The notes beneath the pieces were generated by a model, which made no database searches, was not told where the DNA came from, and worked only from the letters and a program-made list of their open reading frames with translations. The position numbers and the translations under genes were made by a program. DNA of 64,000 nucleotides from Eledone cirrhosa. Its lineage: Eukaryota. Below, in pieces: positions 1 to 12,822 of this stretch; positions within the stretch are counted from its first letter, which is position 1, and each line of letters begins with the position of its first letter. Location: contig OZ024740.1 of the NCBI GenBank assembly GCA_964016885.1, positions 190,464,001-190,528,000 of the forward strand. Direction: 5' to 3'.

Positions 1-160
1 GAAGTGTTATTATTATTCATTGTGGTAGAATAAAAATGAATATAGGTGTGAAAAAAAAGTTACGTGCAACATTACACTGGGGGTTAATATCAGGGAAACC
101 ATTAATAATAAATAATTAGAGAAACTAATGTATATTTTGACAGAAGGGGGGAAAATATAT

Positions 161-880
161 TCAAACAACTGCAACCGCAAATAAACAACCGATTAGAGAG
201 AAGCGAAATGAAATGGCTGGTTTAAGCTAACAAGCGATGCAACAACACACAACACACGCAAACGAGACAACTACACACACACACACACGCACACACACAC
301 ACACAGTAGCACTCCACCATACGAACATACTACACTGCCAATACAGATGAACAAGGCAACAACACACGCGCACACACACACACTCAAGCGAGACAACAAC
401 ACACGCACACACACACACAGTAACATTTAACAAACAGGCAGAGAATGGACTGACAGCTAGCGCCATCCCACTCCCTCATTCGGCCGCTGACCTCTGTACG
501 ACCGACCCCATTTCACGCGCACGCGCGCTCGGCCGAATACCTCAGATATTCAAATCAACAGACAGCGAAAGACGCCTTCCGAGTTGTCCGACAGACAACG
601 TTTTCCCCCACCCCGGAAAAAACCCCAGTTGATGGATGTGAATCCGAAATATATAGGGACTATTAAATCTCTCCCAAGGTAACTCTCTCTCGTGTTGTTA
701 TTATTATTTCTATTCTTTTACTCTTCCCTTCATTCTACACATCTCACACATCTTACACACACCACGCATCTCAACGTACACCCACTTACATATCTCTCTC
801 TCCACCACCGGACCTTGTTACCCGGAGATTTACCCATTTGCATTGTCGAGGCTTCCAAACGACTTATAAATATTTACATA
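161..880 (+). mobile_element. Solo Penelope/Poseidon-type pseudo-LTR (family A), with the tail of the GIY-YIG coding region
   Basis: Closely matches the 5' pLTR of the PLE at 47200-47960. Begins with a stretch reading IKQLQPQINNR (endonuclease C-terminus) and carries an HHR-like motif at 623-658. Confidence 0.8.
623..658 (+). ncRNA. Minimal type-I hammerhead-like motif with variant core (family A)
   Basis: CCC-CAGTTGA-T-GGAT[GTGA]ATCC-GAAA-TATA-TA-GGG: stem I CCC/GGG, stem II with a GNRA loop, GAAA, palindromic stem III. The core differs from CUGANGA at two positions. Confidence 0.5.
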
Positions 881-899
881 TTATATTATATTATAAAAT

Positions 900-2340
900 A
901 AAGGGTAAGTTAAAGGTAGAAGAAAAGAAAAGGATAATTATCATATTTAACCACAAAGCTCGGTATACCAGAGTATAAGATTTCAAACTATTTAACATGG
1001 GTTCATCTTGGGGTTATGTTAAGTTTAGTAAGCGGGAAAGGTTAAGTTAAGGGCCATACATGGGTTTAGAAATTGAGCAAAGAAAATAAGATAAGAAAAC
1101 AAAGAAATGAAAATATTGTCAATTTGTTAAGCTTAGGCAAAAGGAGATGTTGCATCAATAATATTTATTATAAATAGAAAAGATAAAAATGAAAAAAGTA
1201 AAAAGAAAATAGTTATAACGAATGTGTTCAAAGAGAATTTAATTTTCTACATATGGCGGAAAAGGACATTCGTAGTGAGGGCTAATACTAACTAATATTT
1301 GGGATGGAGGGCTACTAAAGGAAGTGTGTAATAAAAACATATTCGTAAATAAGAGTAAGTTTCACGGAGTATAAATCTCATGGGAAAGTATAGGAGAGCT
1401 TAACAAAGAAACAAAACAAAACCCTATTAAACTAAGACAGGAGGTATAGAGGATGTGGATGAGGAGTTATAGAGTAATATATAAGGAACAAAAAAGAAAA
1501 AAAGAAAAAAGTAAATGCATACTAGTAAAAGTGTGAAGAAAAGATAAGGTAGGGTGGTACGTGGGATAGGTCAAATGATAGCTAAGTCAACTGATAGAAT
1601 CTAAGAGGGATCTAATACTCTGTAAGCAAACGAGTAGGCCAAACGATGATGGCAATTAATTACAATTTCATTGCGATCATTTATCGAGCAGGTTTGTGAC
1701 AGAGTTATGTAAAGATCTTCCGAAAAACAGAGATTGCAATATCCTTTGCGACCACTGTAAGGAGAAGATTTAGCGACGATATCCCACACTAACGTGTATT
1801 CAGTATTTGACTGCTCCAGCCATTAATATATTTTGCGAAAGGCGTAGTAAATTTTAAATTTCTAATCTGAAAGGAATGTTTATGGAAATTAAAACGAGTT
1901 AACAGTTAACAGCAGCTTCAATGTACGTGTTCTTGTCACTATGGGTGTTAAAAGTGCATCTATATACTACATTATTAGTAAGAAAATTACCATCAAGAGG
2001 GGGGTATTTATTACGATTCCTACAATTGGAGTTACGGTTAGATACATTGGACCTAGTCGGTAAGTGGATAGAACTGGAACTGATCGCTAAACGAAGAAAA
2101 AGATTAACACAAATAATTACTGTAAAATGACCGATAGTCTTCACCAAAACAATTGTACAGTTCAGTACGCACACGTTTCGAGACATTCTTAGGTTTAGGC
2201 ATGCATTTGCAATAATATAAATTTGCTTTAGATTCATGACGATTTTGTAACAGTGCTATTTCTATGTACAGGATATTAGCTTGACTCAAAAATGTTGATC
2301 TGTTATTTGCGATCTTCTAATGTCCAATTTTGTGTAAAAT
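900..2340 (-). mobile_element. Decayed PLE 3' fragment (GIY-YIG endonuclease plus 3' UTR)
   Basis: ORFs 1899-2237 and 1601-1789 read CRN..PL.G..L..NVVYRC...TYI and W.IV...Y....CNLC..E...N...E....CHH, like the PLE endonuclease at 5680-6618. Confidence 0.75.
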
Positions 2341-2937
2341 CTATGAAAATTACCAGAGGTTTGGTCTAAAACAAAGGTTCGACTTTTACATAAAATAGAG
2401 GATTACTTGAGTATATATGGTATATAATTTTTTTTTATATATTTACACATGTATATATATAATGTGATGGCAGCAATTGCTGAACTGGTATATTTCGTTT
2501 GAAAATCCAGTTTCAAAATCGTGTGTCGATCAATTTGTTGTAAGGGGTATACTCGAAAAAACATGTGTATTTTCTGATGTTTCTCGTATATTTTTCGTAT
2601 TTTTATGTTGTATATACCTCAAATATTTTTCCCGTGCACATATGTTGAGAATTTAACTAAGTACAGTGTAACTTAACTCACTGGTGTGTGAATAAAAAAC
2701 TAAATGAAAGCTTATTTGTCTCTATATTTTGAACTCTCGAAGAAAATAATAATTTATATGTTAATATAAAATCGAAGCATAGTTGTCAATATCTAAATAT
2801 TATAATAAAAAAGAGCTAAATACGGGAAAAGAAAATATATTATCTATATGAAAAGGACAATACTTAAAGAGTTTTTTTAAATTGCTGGATATATCTATCT
2901 ATATCGATACACACACACACACACAAATATATATAAA

Positions 2938-2940
2938 GTA

Positions 2941-3025
<85 letters not shown>
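2938..3025. repeat. (TA)n microsatellite
   Basis: Directly visible. Confidence 0.95.
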
Positions 3026-3027
<2 letters not shown>

Positions 3028-3029
3028 AT

Positions 3030-3215
3030 ACAGAATGTGTGACGAAAGAACTTTGACAATATACGAACAACCATCCAGTTGTGGAACCAACCTACCAACC
3101 GGAAATTTATAAAAATAATTTTAAATTTATAATTTATTTTATAATAAATTGGAGTGAAAGCACCTGGTGCGTGTGTTTCTTATTGGCAACATTACCCTCC
3201 CAAAGTATAACAATC
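3030..3215 (+). mobile_element. Truncated solo pLTR of the PLE at 40440-43041
   Basis: Matches 42862-43041 (cagaatg.gtgacgaaa...accctcccaaagtataacaat). Flanked by (TA)n on both sides. Confidence 0.85.
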
Positions 3216-3229
3216 TATATATATATATA

Positions 3230-3364
3230 TAACGAAGGAAATGTGGTAAGGAACCAGATGGACCATAACGCACCAAAGTACTCAATATTTAGGGTAGTAG
3301 AGTGGGTAATAGGAACGAGTAGGACACCGACGGCTGAGCTCAAGCTGTTTCGACGGCTAATTCT
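3230..3364 (-). mobile_element. pLTR-like fragment, family B (3' half of an HHR: GAAAC-GGC..GCC-GTC)
   Basis: Reverse complement matches 56575-56710. Further fragments at 3851-3905 and 3964-4008. Confidence 0.7.
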
Positions 3365-3431
3365 GCGTTATATATACGTGGGAAATTTAGAAATCGGAGA
3401 ATAGACCGTTAAAAGATGTTTATTTAAAACA

Positions 3432-3471
3432 GCACCTACGTACGTTTCGCCCAGTTGGGCTTCTCAAGGGC
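3432..3471 (-). ncRNA. Minimal hammerhead ribozyme, U3-A8 core variant (family C)
   Basis: Reverse complement: GCCC-TTGAGAA-GCCC[AACT]GGGC-GAAA-CGTACG-TA-GGTGC. Palindromic stem III, GUA cleavage triplet, imperfect stem I. Confidence 0.7.
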
Positions 3472-4020
3472 ATAAATAATGAAAAGTGTTCCTTACATTG
3501 GTCAGAAAGGGTTTTTGTAGTTAAATCCACGTCAAGATTCATTGCTCGCAAAAATAGCTTGTTTTGATATTGCAGCAGGTTAAGGGAAGTGTATATATAT
3601 ATATACGTTGAGATGCGTGGTGTGTATGATACGTGTATAAGAATGAAGGAAAGAGTATAAAGGATAACATAAAAATAACAACACGAGAGAGAGTTACCTT
3701 GGGAGAGATTTAATTGTCCCTATATATTTCGGATGCAAATCGATCAACCAGTTAATGGATGTGAATCCGAAATATATAGGGACAATTAAATCTCTCCCAA
3801 GGTAACTCTCTCTCGTGTTGTAATTTTTATTTTATCCTTTATACTCTTTCCAGAATTAGCCGTCGAAACGGCTTGAGCTCAGCCGTCGGGGTCCTACTCA
3901 ATCCTATATCTATATATATATGTATATATATATATATGTATACACACAGACGCACATATATATCTTCGAAACGGCTTCAGCTCTGCCGTCGGGGTCAAAC
4001 TTTTCGCGATATATATATAA

Positions 4021-4059
<39 letters not shown>

Positions 4060-4626
4060 AAGAGAGTATTTAAGTTTGCTTGAAGCATTGTGGAATAATA
4101 AGTAAATATTTTTAAGTCGTTTGGAAGCCTTGACAATGCAAATGGGTAAATCTCCGGGTAACAAGATCCGGTGGTGGAGAGAGAGATGTAAGTGGGTGTA
4201 CGTTGAGATGCGTGGTGTGTATAAGGCGTGTGGAAGAATGAAGGAAAGAGTATAAAGGATAAAATTAAAATAACAACACGAGAGAGAGTTACCTTGGGAG
4301 AGATTTAATTGTCTCTATATATTTCGGATTCACATCCATTAACTGGTTGATGGATTTGAATCCGAAATATATAGGGACAATTAAATCTCTCCCAAGGTAA
4401 CTCTCTCTCGTGTTGTTATTTTTATGTTATCCTTTATACTCTTTCCTTCATTATTCTACACGTATCATACACACCACGCATCTCAACGTATATATATACA
4501 TATATACACTTCCCTTGACCTGCTGCAAAATCAAAACAAGCTATTTTTGCGAGCAATGAATCTTGACGTGGATTTAACCACAAAAACCCTTTCCGAGCAA
4601 TGTAAGGAACACTTTTCATTATTTAT

Positions 4627-4666
4627 GCACTTGAGAAGCCCAATTGGGCCAAACGTACGTAGGTGC
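4627..4666 (+). ncRNA. Mirror copy of the family C hammerhead, probably inactive (GAAA changed to CAAA)
   Basis: GCAC-TTGAGAA-GCCC[AATT]GGGC-CAAA-CGTACG-TA-GGTGC. Confidence 0.6.
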
Positions 4667-4733
4667 TGTTTTAAATAAACATCTTTTAACGGTCTATTCT
4701 CCGATTTCTTAATTTCCCACGTATATATAACGC

Positions 4734-6618
4734 AGCATGTGATATTGTTAAGAAACTGAAAATTGACGACAAAACGGTACCCCTATCTCCAGCTACACCG
4801 ACTTTTAATCTGAAGGACGATAAGGATAACTTCGATACTAACCCTAAAATTAGATTAATATGTCCTTCAAAGTCCGATATAGGTAGAATTAGCAAGTACA
4901 TATTAGATCGTATTATCCCCCAAGTTAAGGCTAAGGTAGATATAACCCTGCATGAGGCCCTCTCTTTCGCTAAGACTAACTCGGACCTCACAAACGAGGA
5001 AATTAATATTATATTTGAAGTAGTGCACTTTGATATCTACCAGGCAATAAGATGGTTCCATAACATTAGGGACAAAAACAAATCTTCTTTTATTCAATTC
5101 GATATAGATGAATACTGTTCCTCTATTTCACCCGAAACCCTGCATGAGGCCCTCTCTTTCGCTAAGACTAACTCGGACCTCACAAACGAGGAAATTAATA
5201 TTATACTTGAAGCTAGACGCACAGTAGTGCACTTTGAAAACAGTTATTGGGTCCGCAGAGATAGACCCTGGGAATTCGACATTACGATGGGTTCTAATGA
5301 TTCGGCGGAGGTCACGGATCTGGTTGGGATCTATATAGCCCACAGACTCCAGAGCGAATTTACGGACCTCCATGGCGGAATATACCGCGACGATACACTT
5401 CTATTAGTCAATAATATGAACAAACAAAACCTAGAAAGGCGACGTAAAAACATTAGGAAACTTTTCTTAGAACTAGGGCTTAATATTACCTTCGAACACA
5501 ATCATAAGGTGGTCAACTTCTTGGATGTCACCTTCAACCTTAATAACGGTAATATAGAGCCATTTCACAAACTTAATGAAAATCTCAAGTAGGTTAATGT
5601 AAAATCGAACCATCCCCATTCCATTATTAAATCTATCCCTAAAAATATATCCATAAGGATCTCCCGACTGTCGTCTAATTTGCAGACCTTCAACGAGCAT
5701 GCTGAATATTATAATGACGCACTTAGAAAAGCTTGTTACTGCGAGAAAATAGAATATCTAGACGATAACCACATAAGTACTATGAATAAAACACATCTAA
5801 GTCGAACTAGTATTGCACCACACACACACATCAATAAGCATACTAATAGGTGCAAACCAGCAAATAGAGTCAGACGTAGAGAGTACATATGGTATAACCC
5901 CGTTTACAATACTTCTATTAGCACTAAGATTATCTCACAATTCTATACACTAATCAATAAACACTTTACAACGTCACATAAATACTATAAAATCTTTAAC
6001 TCGCGCACCATTAGACTCTCATACTCCACTGCACCTAACATAGAACAACTAATTAAAAAACTCAACTCAGCAATACTAAATAAGTACATCCCTAATGACT
6101 CAGTGCACCAGCATAGCAACATACAACGCACTAGCACGCAAATACAACCCCACCAAACTATCCAGGATTCTACTGCAAAACATAAAAATAATTGTAACTG
6201 CACCAAACCAGGTACGTGCCCACTGAATAACCAGTGCCTAGCACGCAATATTGTCTACCGATGTACAATACATTCCGGAACCAACAAATGGTATTACGTT
6301 GGATGTACCGCAACTTCTTTCAAAGCTCGCCTATACCAACATCGATCTTCTATCAGGCACGAGAAAATGCGCTCCGTAACAACCCTCGCCGATAAAGCCT
6401 GGCAGCTCCGGAGGAACAATCAAGCATTCTCCCTTGATTGGCAAATTATTGCAGCTGCGCCTGCATATTAGCAAAATCATCGATTCTGCAAGTTATGCTA
6501 TTTGGAGATATACTGCATTTTAACGTCGGTAAACAAACTTTTGAACAGCAAAATTGAACGTTCACTATACTGTAACCATCGTTTGAAAACGACTTTTTCT
6601 TTTTTTAAATGCATATAA
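4734..6618 (+). pseudogene. 5'-truncated Penelope-like element ORF (RT plus C-terminal GIY-YIG), Nematis-like
   Basis: LKD.KDNF..NPKIRLICPSKSDIGRISK, FDI, FDITMGS.D.AEV..LVG, IYRDD, FLDVTFNL. Endonuclease CNC..CPL..QC..NIVY..YYVG.T..FKAR..H..CKLC. In-frame TAG stops at about 5590 and 6469. Confidence 0.9.
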
Positions 6619-7189
6619 TGTTACCTTTTTACACCACCGTTTGCAAATTTCTGTTTTATATGTTTATACACAAGATATGGCTTTCTATAATAATAGTACT
6701 AAACACTGTTTTCTGGACCCCTTTAGAAATAACCTGCTACTATAATAGCCCCAATAACTTGTCTGTAACTCTGTACCACTTTGACCCCTTTAACTAAATG
6801 TTGTCCGAACAACACCACTAGAAGAATTTACTTCCCCCGCCAACCCTAACACACCTCATTAAGCTAACTGCTGCCAAAACATTTTCTCCTTACAATCTCT
6901 ACTAGTCTGACAGTCTTAAAACCTAGGACTCCCTCCACCTTACTCACTTCCCTCTTCCCCTTCTCTTCCTACCTCCTTCTTTCTCTTTTATCTAGTGTAT
7001 AAAATATTTTCATATCATCCCAATACAAAGGTCTGACGACATGGTGTGTTTGCTTACAGTGTGCCTTCGGTTTATGATAATATTTTTATATTATTCAAAT
7101 AGCGAGGTATAGGTAACCCATACACTATAGAAACAATTGTTACCTAATAAATTCTTTATATCCGCATTTCCATTTCATACACTTCTTCT

Positions 7190-7228
<39 letters not shown>

Positions 7229-8623
7229 CACACATATTTATATGTTTGAGTGTTTGTGGGAGTTGTTTGCATATATACATATATGTAGACATGCATAGAT
7301 AAATGCTTATCATACTTCTATCTCCTCACACATAAATCCCAGAGAAAATCATTAAGGAAACAATATGTTTGAAAATCATCGAAAATGGATAACAGAAGAA
7401 TTCGAAACAATGCTTGGAGCAGGGTATTGCGCGATTTTTCCCCACCCAAAAGGTTACCTGCCCTGACCGTGATGAGCTATGTGTTTCTGGAAAAGAATGT
7501 TGCAAATAGCAAAAGAAAGAATGATTCTATTCGACCCTATGCCCTAATAAATCCATACATGGATATGCTGACTAGTTTCCTTCACTTAGAGATGATCAAG
7601 GGACACGTAAATGAAAAGCAAATACTATTCACACAGAGCTCTTTTAAACCCAGGAGGTTCTGAGAATATCTGCAACAGCGATTGACTGAAATGGTGTCTA
7701 TGTCAATAGAGGCAGGCCAAGTGAATAAGATAAAACGTAAAATGAAAGATAAGGTATCACCAGACATATTCCTTTAAGCAAGAATCAAATAAACTCACTG
7801 TCAGTGAGGAGTAAAAACAACGAAGAACAAAAATAATAGAAACAGAGATTCTGAGGAAAGGAAAGCTCATGTATTCTGAAATTTCTCAAAAAGAGAGATG
7901 ATGGCATGGATAAGTAGGGGTAGACTGCAGATTAATTCACCCCAAACCTCGTGACATGCGCCTAACCTCCTTATCTGAAATACTCCAAACTTTCGTGGGC
8001 AGACAACATATCATACACTGTAATTGCGCAAACAAACAGAAGCGTACTACACTAAAGAAGAGGCAGTATGCAAACCCGTCAACAGGTAAGTGTTTTCTGA
8101 GAAAAAACACATTCCTATAAGCATTAGAGATTCATAATCTCGTAACACGTAACAAGATACCTGATAATATGATCCCATTGTTACTGTACACACATTACTT
8201 ATGTGGTCGCAGAACCGAACCTCAAAGTGTTTGTCTGTGTGTGAGTGGGGGGGGGGGGTACATAACATCAAATTCCCGTTACAAATATAAAATCAGACAT
8301 GATACATGAAACTGGAAACCAATGCATTGAAACACATTTCTATCTCCTGCAATGTGCCCAAAATTACCCTTTGAAACTTTGGAAATACTCTATCCATGTT
8401 CCATCATAAGTTGTTCAAAAAGTCAATGATCACATTACTAAATGCTGAAGTTTGGTGATGCTCCAAACCAGTTTCTTTTATTTAATATTTTCTGGTAAAT
8501 CATTGATTAAATATTTCATTAGTATATGCCAAAAAATAGACATACAATTCACTACTAATATACATGCATATTGTAAAATATTTATCTTGCTATAGCGTAA
8601 AGAATTGTGTATAGACATGGAGG

Positions 8624-8658
<35 letters not shown>

Positions 8659-8690
8659 ATGAAGAATTAATAAATTAAAAAATCAGAGCA

Positions 8691-9157
8691 ATATATCATA
8701 AATCATGTCTTTAGAATCATCAGATAAAATATATACTATTTCTTCTTCTCATTAGCATAATTAACCATATAAAAAATCAATTAGATCAAGCTATAAGAAG
8801 AAAGGCTCTTATGGAGAAATCTCCGACAAATAACCGAACGTAACCTCTTCGCGGTGGCCCCAATCGAGTATTTATCCAACATTTCGACAGCATGTAGAAA
8901 CTGACTAAATATATCATCAAACATACACAATTAGGTGTACAATTAAACTTAGAAGAAATGCCTACATGTCGAAATGTTGGATAAATACTCGATTGGGGCC
9001 ACCGCGAAGAGGCTACGTTCGGTTATTTGTCGGAGATTTCTCCATAAGAGCCTTTCTTCTTATAGCTTGATCTAATTGATTTTTTATAATGTTAATTATC
9101 CTAATTAGAAGAAGAAATAGTATATATTTTATCTGATGATTCTAAAGACATGATTTA

Positions 9158-9165
<8 letters not shown>
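8691..9165. repeat. Hairpin element with about 205-bp inverted arms (8691-8897 / 8962-9165), next to (TA)n
   Basis: The arms are near-perfect reverse complements. The arm end recurs at 56385-56460, again abutting (TA)n. Confidence 0.9.
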
Positions 9166-9226
<61 letters not shown>

Positions 9227-9357
9227 GATAAATCTACCAAAATGTACGGTAGTGTCCAATCTGTATGAAGAACTCAATGTAATCCGAATATCATGAAAAG
9301 AGAAGATGTATTCAAAATATTTTTTTTCGATGAAAAATACAGGAAAACAGAGTCAAG

Positions 9358-9885
9358 ATAAATTAATAAAATTAATGAATAAACAAAGAAACAGTTCCTT
9401 ATATTAAAAAATTCATCATTTTACGATCATTTCCAGGATATATATATTTGTTTTGGTATGCATATCCTATAGATCTATGTAAAATGTTTACAAACTATCA
9501 GAAGGAATATACATACCTACACATATATATGCTGTCTACAGAAATAATGATATTTGTTTATTGAAAAAAACCAACAAAGATTTAATACAATAGGTCTGTT
9601 TCTTCACTATCTTTCTATTGGTCAATTCAAAACCTGTTCCCAAACAGACCTATTGTATTAAATCTTTGTTGGTTTTTTTCAATAAACAAATATCATTATT
9701 TCTGAAGACAGCATATATATGTGTAGGTATGTATATTCCTTCTGATAGTTTTTTAAAATGTTACATAGATCTATAGGATATGCATACCAACACTAACATA
9801 TATATCTTAGAAACGATCGTAAAATGATGAATGTTTTAATATAAGGAACTGTTTCTTTGTTTATTCATTAATTTTATTAATTTAT
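9358..9885. repeat. Hairpin element with about 244-bp inverted arms (9358-9601 / 9642-9885)
   Basis: Reverse-complement arms with a 40-bp spacer. The right end runs into (TA)n. Confidence 0.9.
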
Positions 9886-9901
9886 ATATATATATATATA
9901 T

Positions 9902-10707
9902 CCTTTTTATTTACGTGTCCCAACGACTTTTTTTAGCCGTTGCTCGCACCAACCGGCGGTATATGTTCTTTAAAGCGATGAAATACCAATGATGGTTGGA
10001 GATCACTGATGAAGGACTAAATTTATTCATATGTATCCCAATAGCAACCATGCAGCACGTTTATTCTCATATTTACACATATTTTTTCACCCGCTATGAC
10101 CCGTCTATTTCGTTCTTACTGCTTCCTCTTTCTCTGTTTCTTTACCCTCTCTAACAGTCACTCTGTCTGTTAGCCTCTTCCTCACCCTTTACTCTCTCAA
10201 TCTCTGTTACTACCTCTCCTCCTCCTCCTTCTTCCCGTTTGACCTGTGCGTAATTCTTTTCTTTCGCACCCTTGGTCAGGCAGGTCGCTTCTTTTCTCTC
10301 TCTCGTCTACGATTTCACAGAACTTACGTTCACCGAATTCACAGACTAGATCCCTTCTTCCTCCCGTTAGACCTGTACGGAATTCCTTCCTTGCTCACAT
10401 TCCAACCAGGTTTGATGGTCTTTATTCTCTCTCGTTCACGATTTCACCGAACTTATATTCATGGAAATTTGGGACTTGACTCCTTCTTCCTCACTTTTCG
10501 TTGCTTCACCATCTTTGTTTGTTTACTCTCGTGTCCCCTTTATTTACGTGTCCCAACGACTTTTTTTAGCCGTTGCTCGCACCAACAGGAGGTATATGGT
10601 CTTTAAAGCGATGAAATACCAATGATGGTTGGAAGATCACTGATGAAGGACTAACTTTATTCATATGTAACCCATTAGCAACCACGCAGCACGTTTATTC
10701 TCATATT

Positions 10708-10712
<5 letters not shown>
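9902..10712. repeat. Direct repeat of about 175 bp (9902-10079 / 10538-10712) with an internal pair of about 125 bp, bounded by microsatellites
   Basis: tttatttacgtgtcccaacgac...ctcatatttacac occurs twice. Resembles a partial tandem pLTR. Confidence 0.75.
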
Positions 10713-10908
<196 letters not shown>

Positions 10909-11811
10909 AAGTAAATATTTAATCTGTTAAGCCATCGGAAGTATACCGTAATTATTATATGGGCAAAGTGATTTTTCTGAGAACTTGATAAACTTGAAGG
11001 CAAAGTGTTTGAGAGAAATCATTCTAATTCTATAGAAGCGCGTAATATATGCTATGATGCTATTTCATATAAATATATAGATATACAGTATTTTATTATT
11101 TGTCCAAACCTGCGTGTTTTGTATCGTGATATAGCCTTTCCGAATTATGCGTAGTTATATACTTAAGATTTTCATAGCTTAGTTAGATTCCTAGTTTGAT
11201 ACTAGCTTCCATATAAACGATAACATTTTCTTTCACTCTTATATTATTCAGTTTATGACCAGCCATTTTTGCATGATCATTTATAAGGGCTTGTATGCAA
11301 GAACCAGAAGGAGATGTACTATGTATATACACGTATATATATATATGTAATGCGTTCAATATATGTAGATTTATTTTACTCTCAAGTTTGTATCCCGGTA
11401 TCATGTAGTGAAGCGTCTGTGCGCACAATACCCCCCCCCCCACGGACAGCACGCCAAGGGTAAACCTCCAGCTATGGCCGGTACTCATTTTCAGCTAAGT
11501 ACCACTAGGCCACATCCCTCCACATTTTATATATATGTATATATGTATATATATATATGTATATAACCCCAACATCTACAACAACAACACCGGCACTAAT
11601 GTGTACAGCAACAACAGCTTCAGAATGAATTGAAATGAACATTTACAACAACAACAGCGGCATCAAACGATAAAAACAAAACAAAAAACACACAATAACA
11701 AAACACACACACACGCACACAATACAACAACAACATCACCTGCCACCACCACCACCACCATCCACCATCACCAGCGACCGAGCCTTAAGAACAAATAACA
11801 ACTTTAATAAT

Positions 11812-12001
11812 AATAATTGTTTCTACTTTTGGCACAAGGCCAGCAATTACACAGTGCATTACTGGTACTTTATTTTATCGACTCCATAAGGATGAAAGGC
11901 ACAGTTAACGTCGACGGGATTTGAACTCAGAATGGCAAGGGCTGTATCTCTATACGTCAAAGCATGGCGTCCGCCCCTCTACCGATACTGCCTATCCACC
12001 G
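11812..12001 (-). mobile_element. tRNA-derived SINE (resembles octopus CORE-type SINEs) with (TTA)n tail
   Basis: Reverse complement has an A box (TAGGCAGTATCGG) and a B box (GAGTTCAAATCCC). Further copies at 12008-12150 and 43337-43524. Confidence 0.8.
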
Positions 12002-12007
12002 ATAACT

Positions 12008-12150
12008 TTAATAATAATAATGTTTCTGATTTTGGCACGGAGCCAGCGACTGTTCCAGCGCATTACTAATACTCTCTATTGTTGAGTCCGTGGGTATGAA
12101 AGGCAAGGCTGACTCTGGCGGGATTTGAGCTCGGAGCGTGGAGGGCCTTA
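12008..12150 (-). mobile_element. Second, more diverged copy of the same SINE
   Basis: Shared ttttggcac...atgaaaggcaa...ggcgggatttga motifs. Confidence 0.7.
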
Positions 12151-12269
12151 GTTCTATGATGTAAAGCAATTATAATAATACTGAACGGTAACACGAACGG
12201 TTTCAAATATACGAACAGTTGAATGTCGACAGTTGACATAATCTTGTAATCTTGTATCAGTAATGACCG

Positions 12270-12402
<133 letters not shown>

Positions 12403-12517
12403 AGTAGCGTGTGTGTGTTTGTTTGTATGTATGAGTGTTGGTTTGTGCGAGCGTATGTGTGTGTGTGCGTGTGTGTATGTTGTACGTATAAGTGTCAATA
12501 AGTGATTTTTTTTTATG

Positions 12518-12812
12518 CGCAGGGACATAGAAAGCGTCGGGCTGGATACCCGATCACGAAGTTAAACCACTGGAAGTGAATAACCACTAGCCCTTGTCAG
12601 GGCATGCTTCTAGGAGAAGGCATCTCAGGAAACTGGGTTAACTCCGACATAAAACGTGCGGCTCAGTAGTTACCGATGATGTTGATCTGTTCTTCTTTTC
12701 GAGTTATAGCTACTGTCGCTCAGAGAGTGGGATTGGCTCAGCGCACACTCTTTCCTCACTTTAAAAATAATCGTCCCGCACAGGCATTGCACGATTGCAT
12801 TAATTAATAATT
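12518..12812 (+). mobile_element. Non-autonomous RTE-derived SINE, missing its 3' tail
   Basis: Matches the reverse complement of 50600-50884. Contains an RTE 5'UTR-like ctaggagaagg...aactccgacataaa motif. Confidence 0.7.
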
Positions 12813-12822
12813 ATTAATAGTG

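Larger units (their letters stand above)
3363..4735. repeat. Composite inverted repeat; arms about 3363-3851 and 4243-4735, each with an internal palindrome
   Basis: The arms are reverse complements (ctgcgttatatatacgtggg / cccacgtatatataacgcag). Internal fold-backs are centred near 3750 and 4343. Confidence 0.9.

Noticed and set aside
7030-7070. CTGACGA near the 3' end of the first PLE as a hammerhead core
   Set aside because: No downstream GAAA, stem III or matching stem I.
7385-7860. 92-aa ORF and adjacent open stretches
   Set aside because: No recognisable motif or consistent splice signals. Possibly a decayed element.
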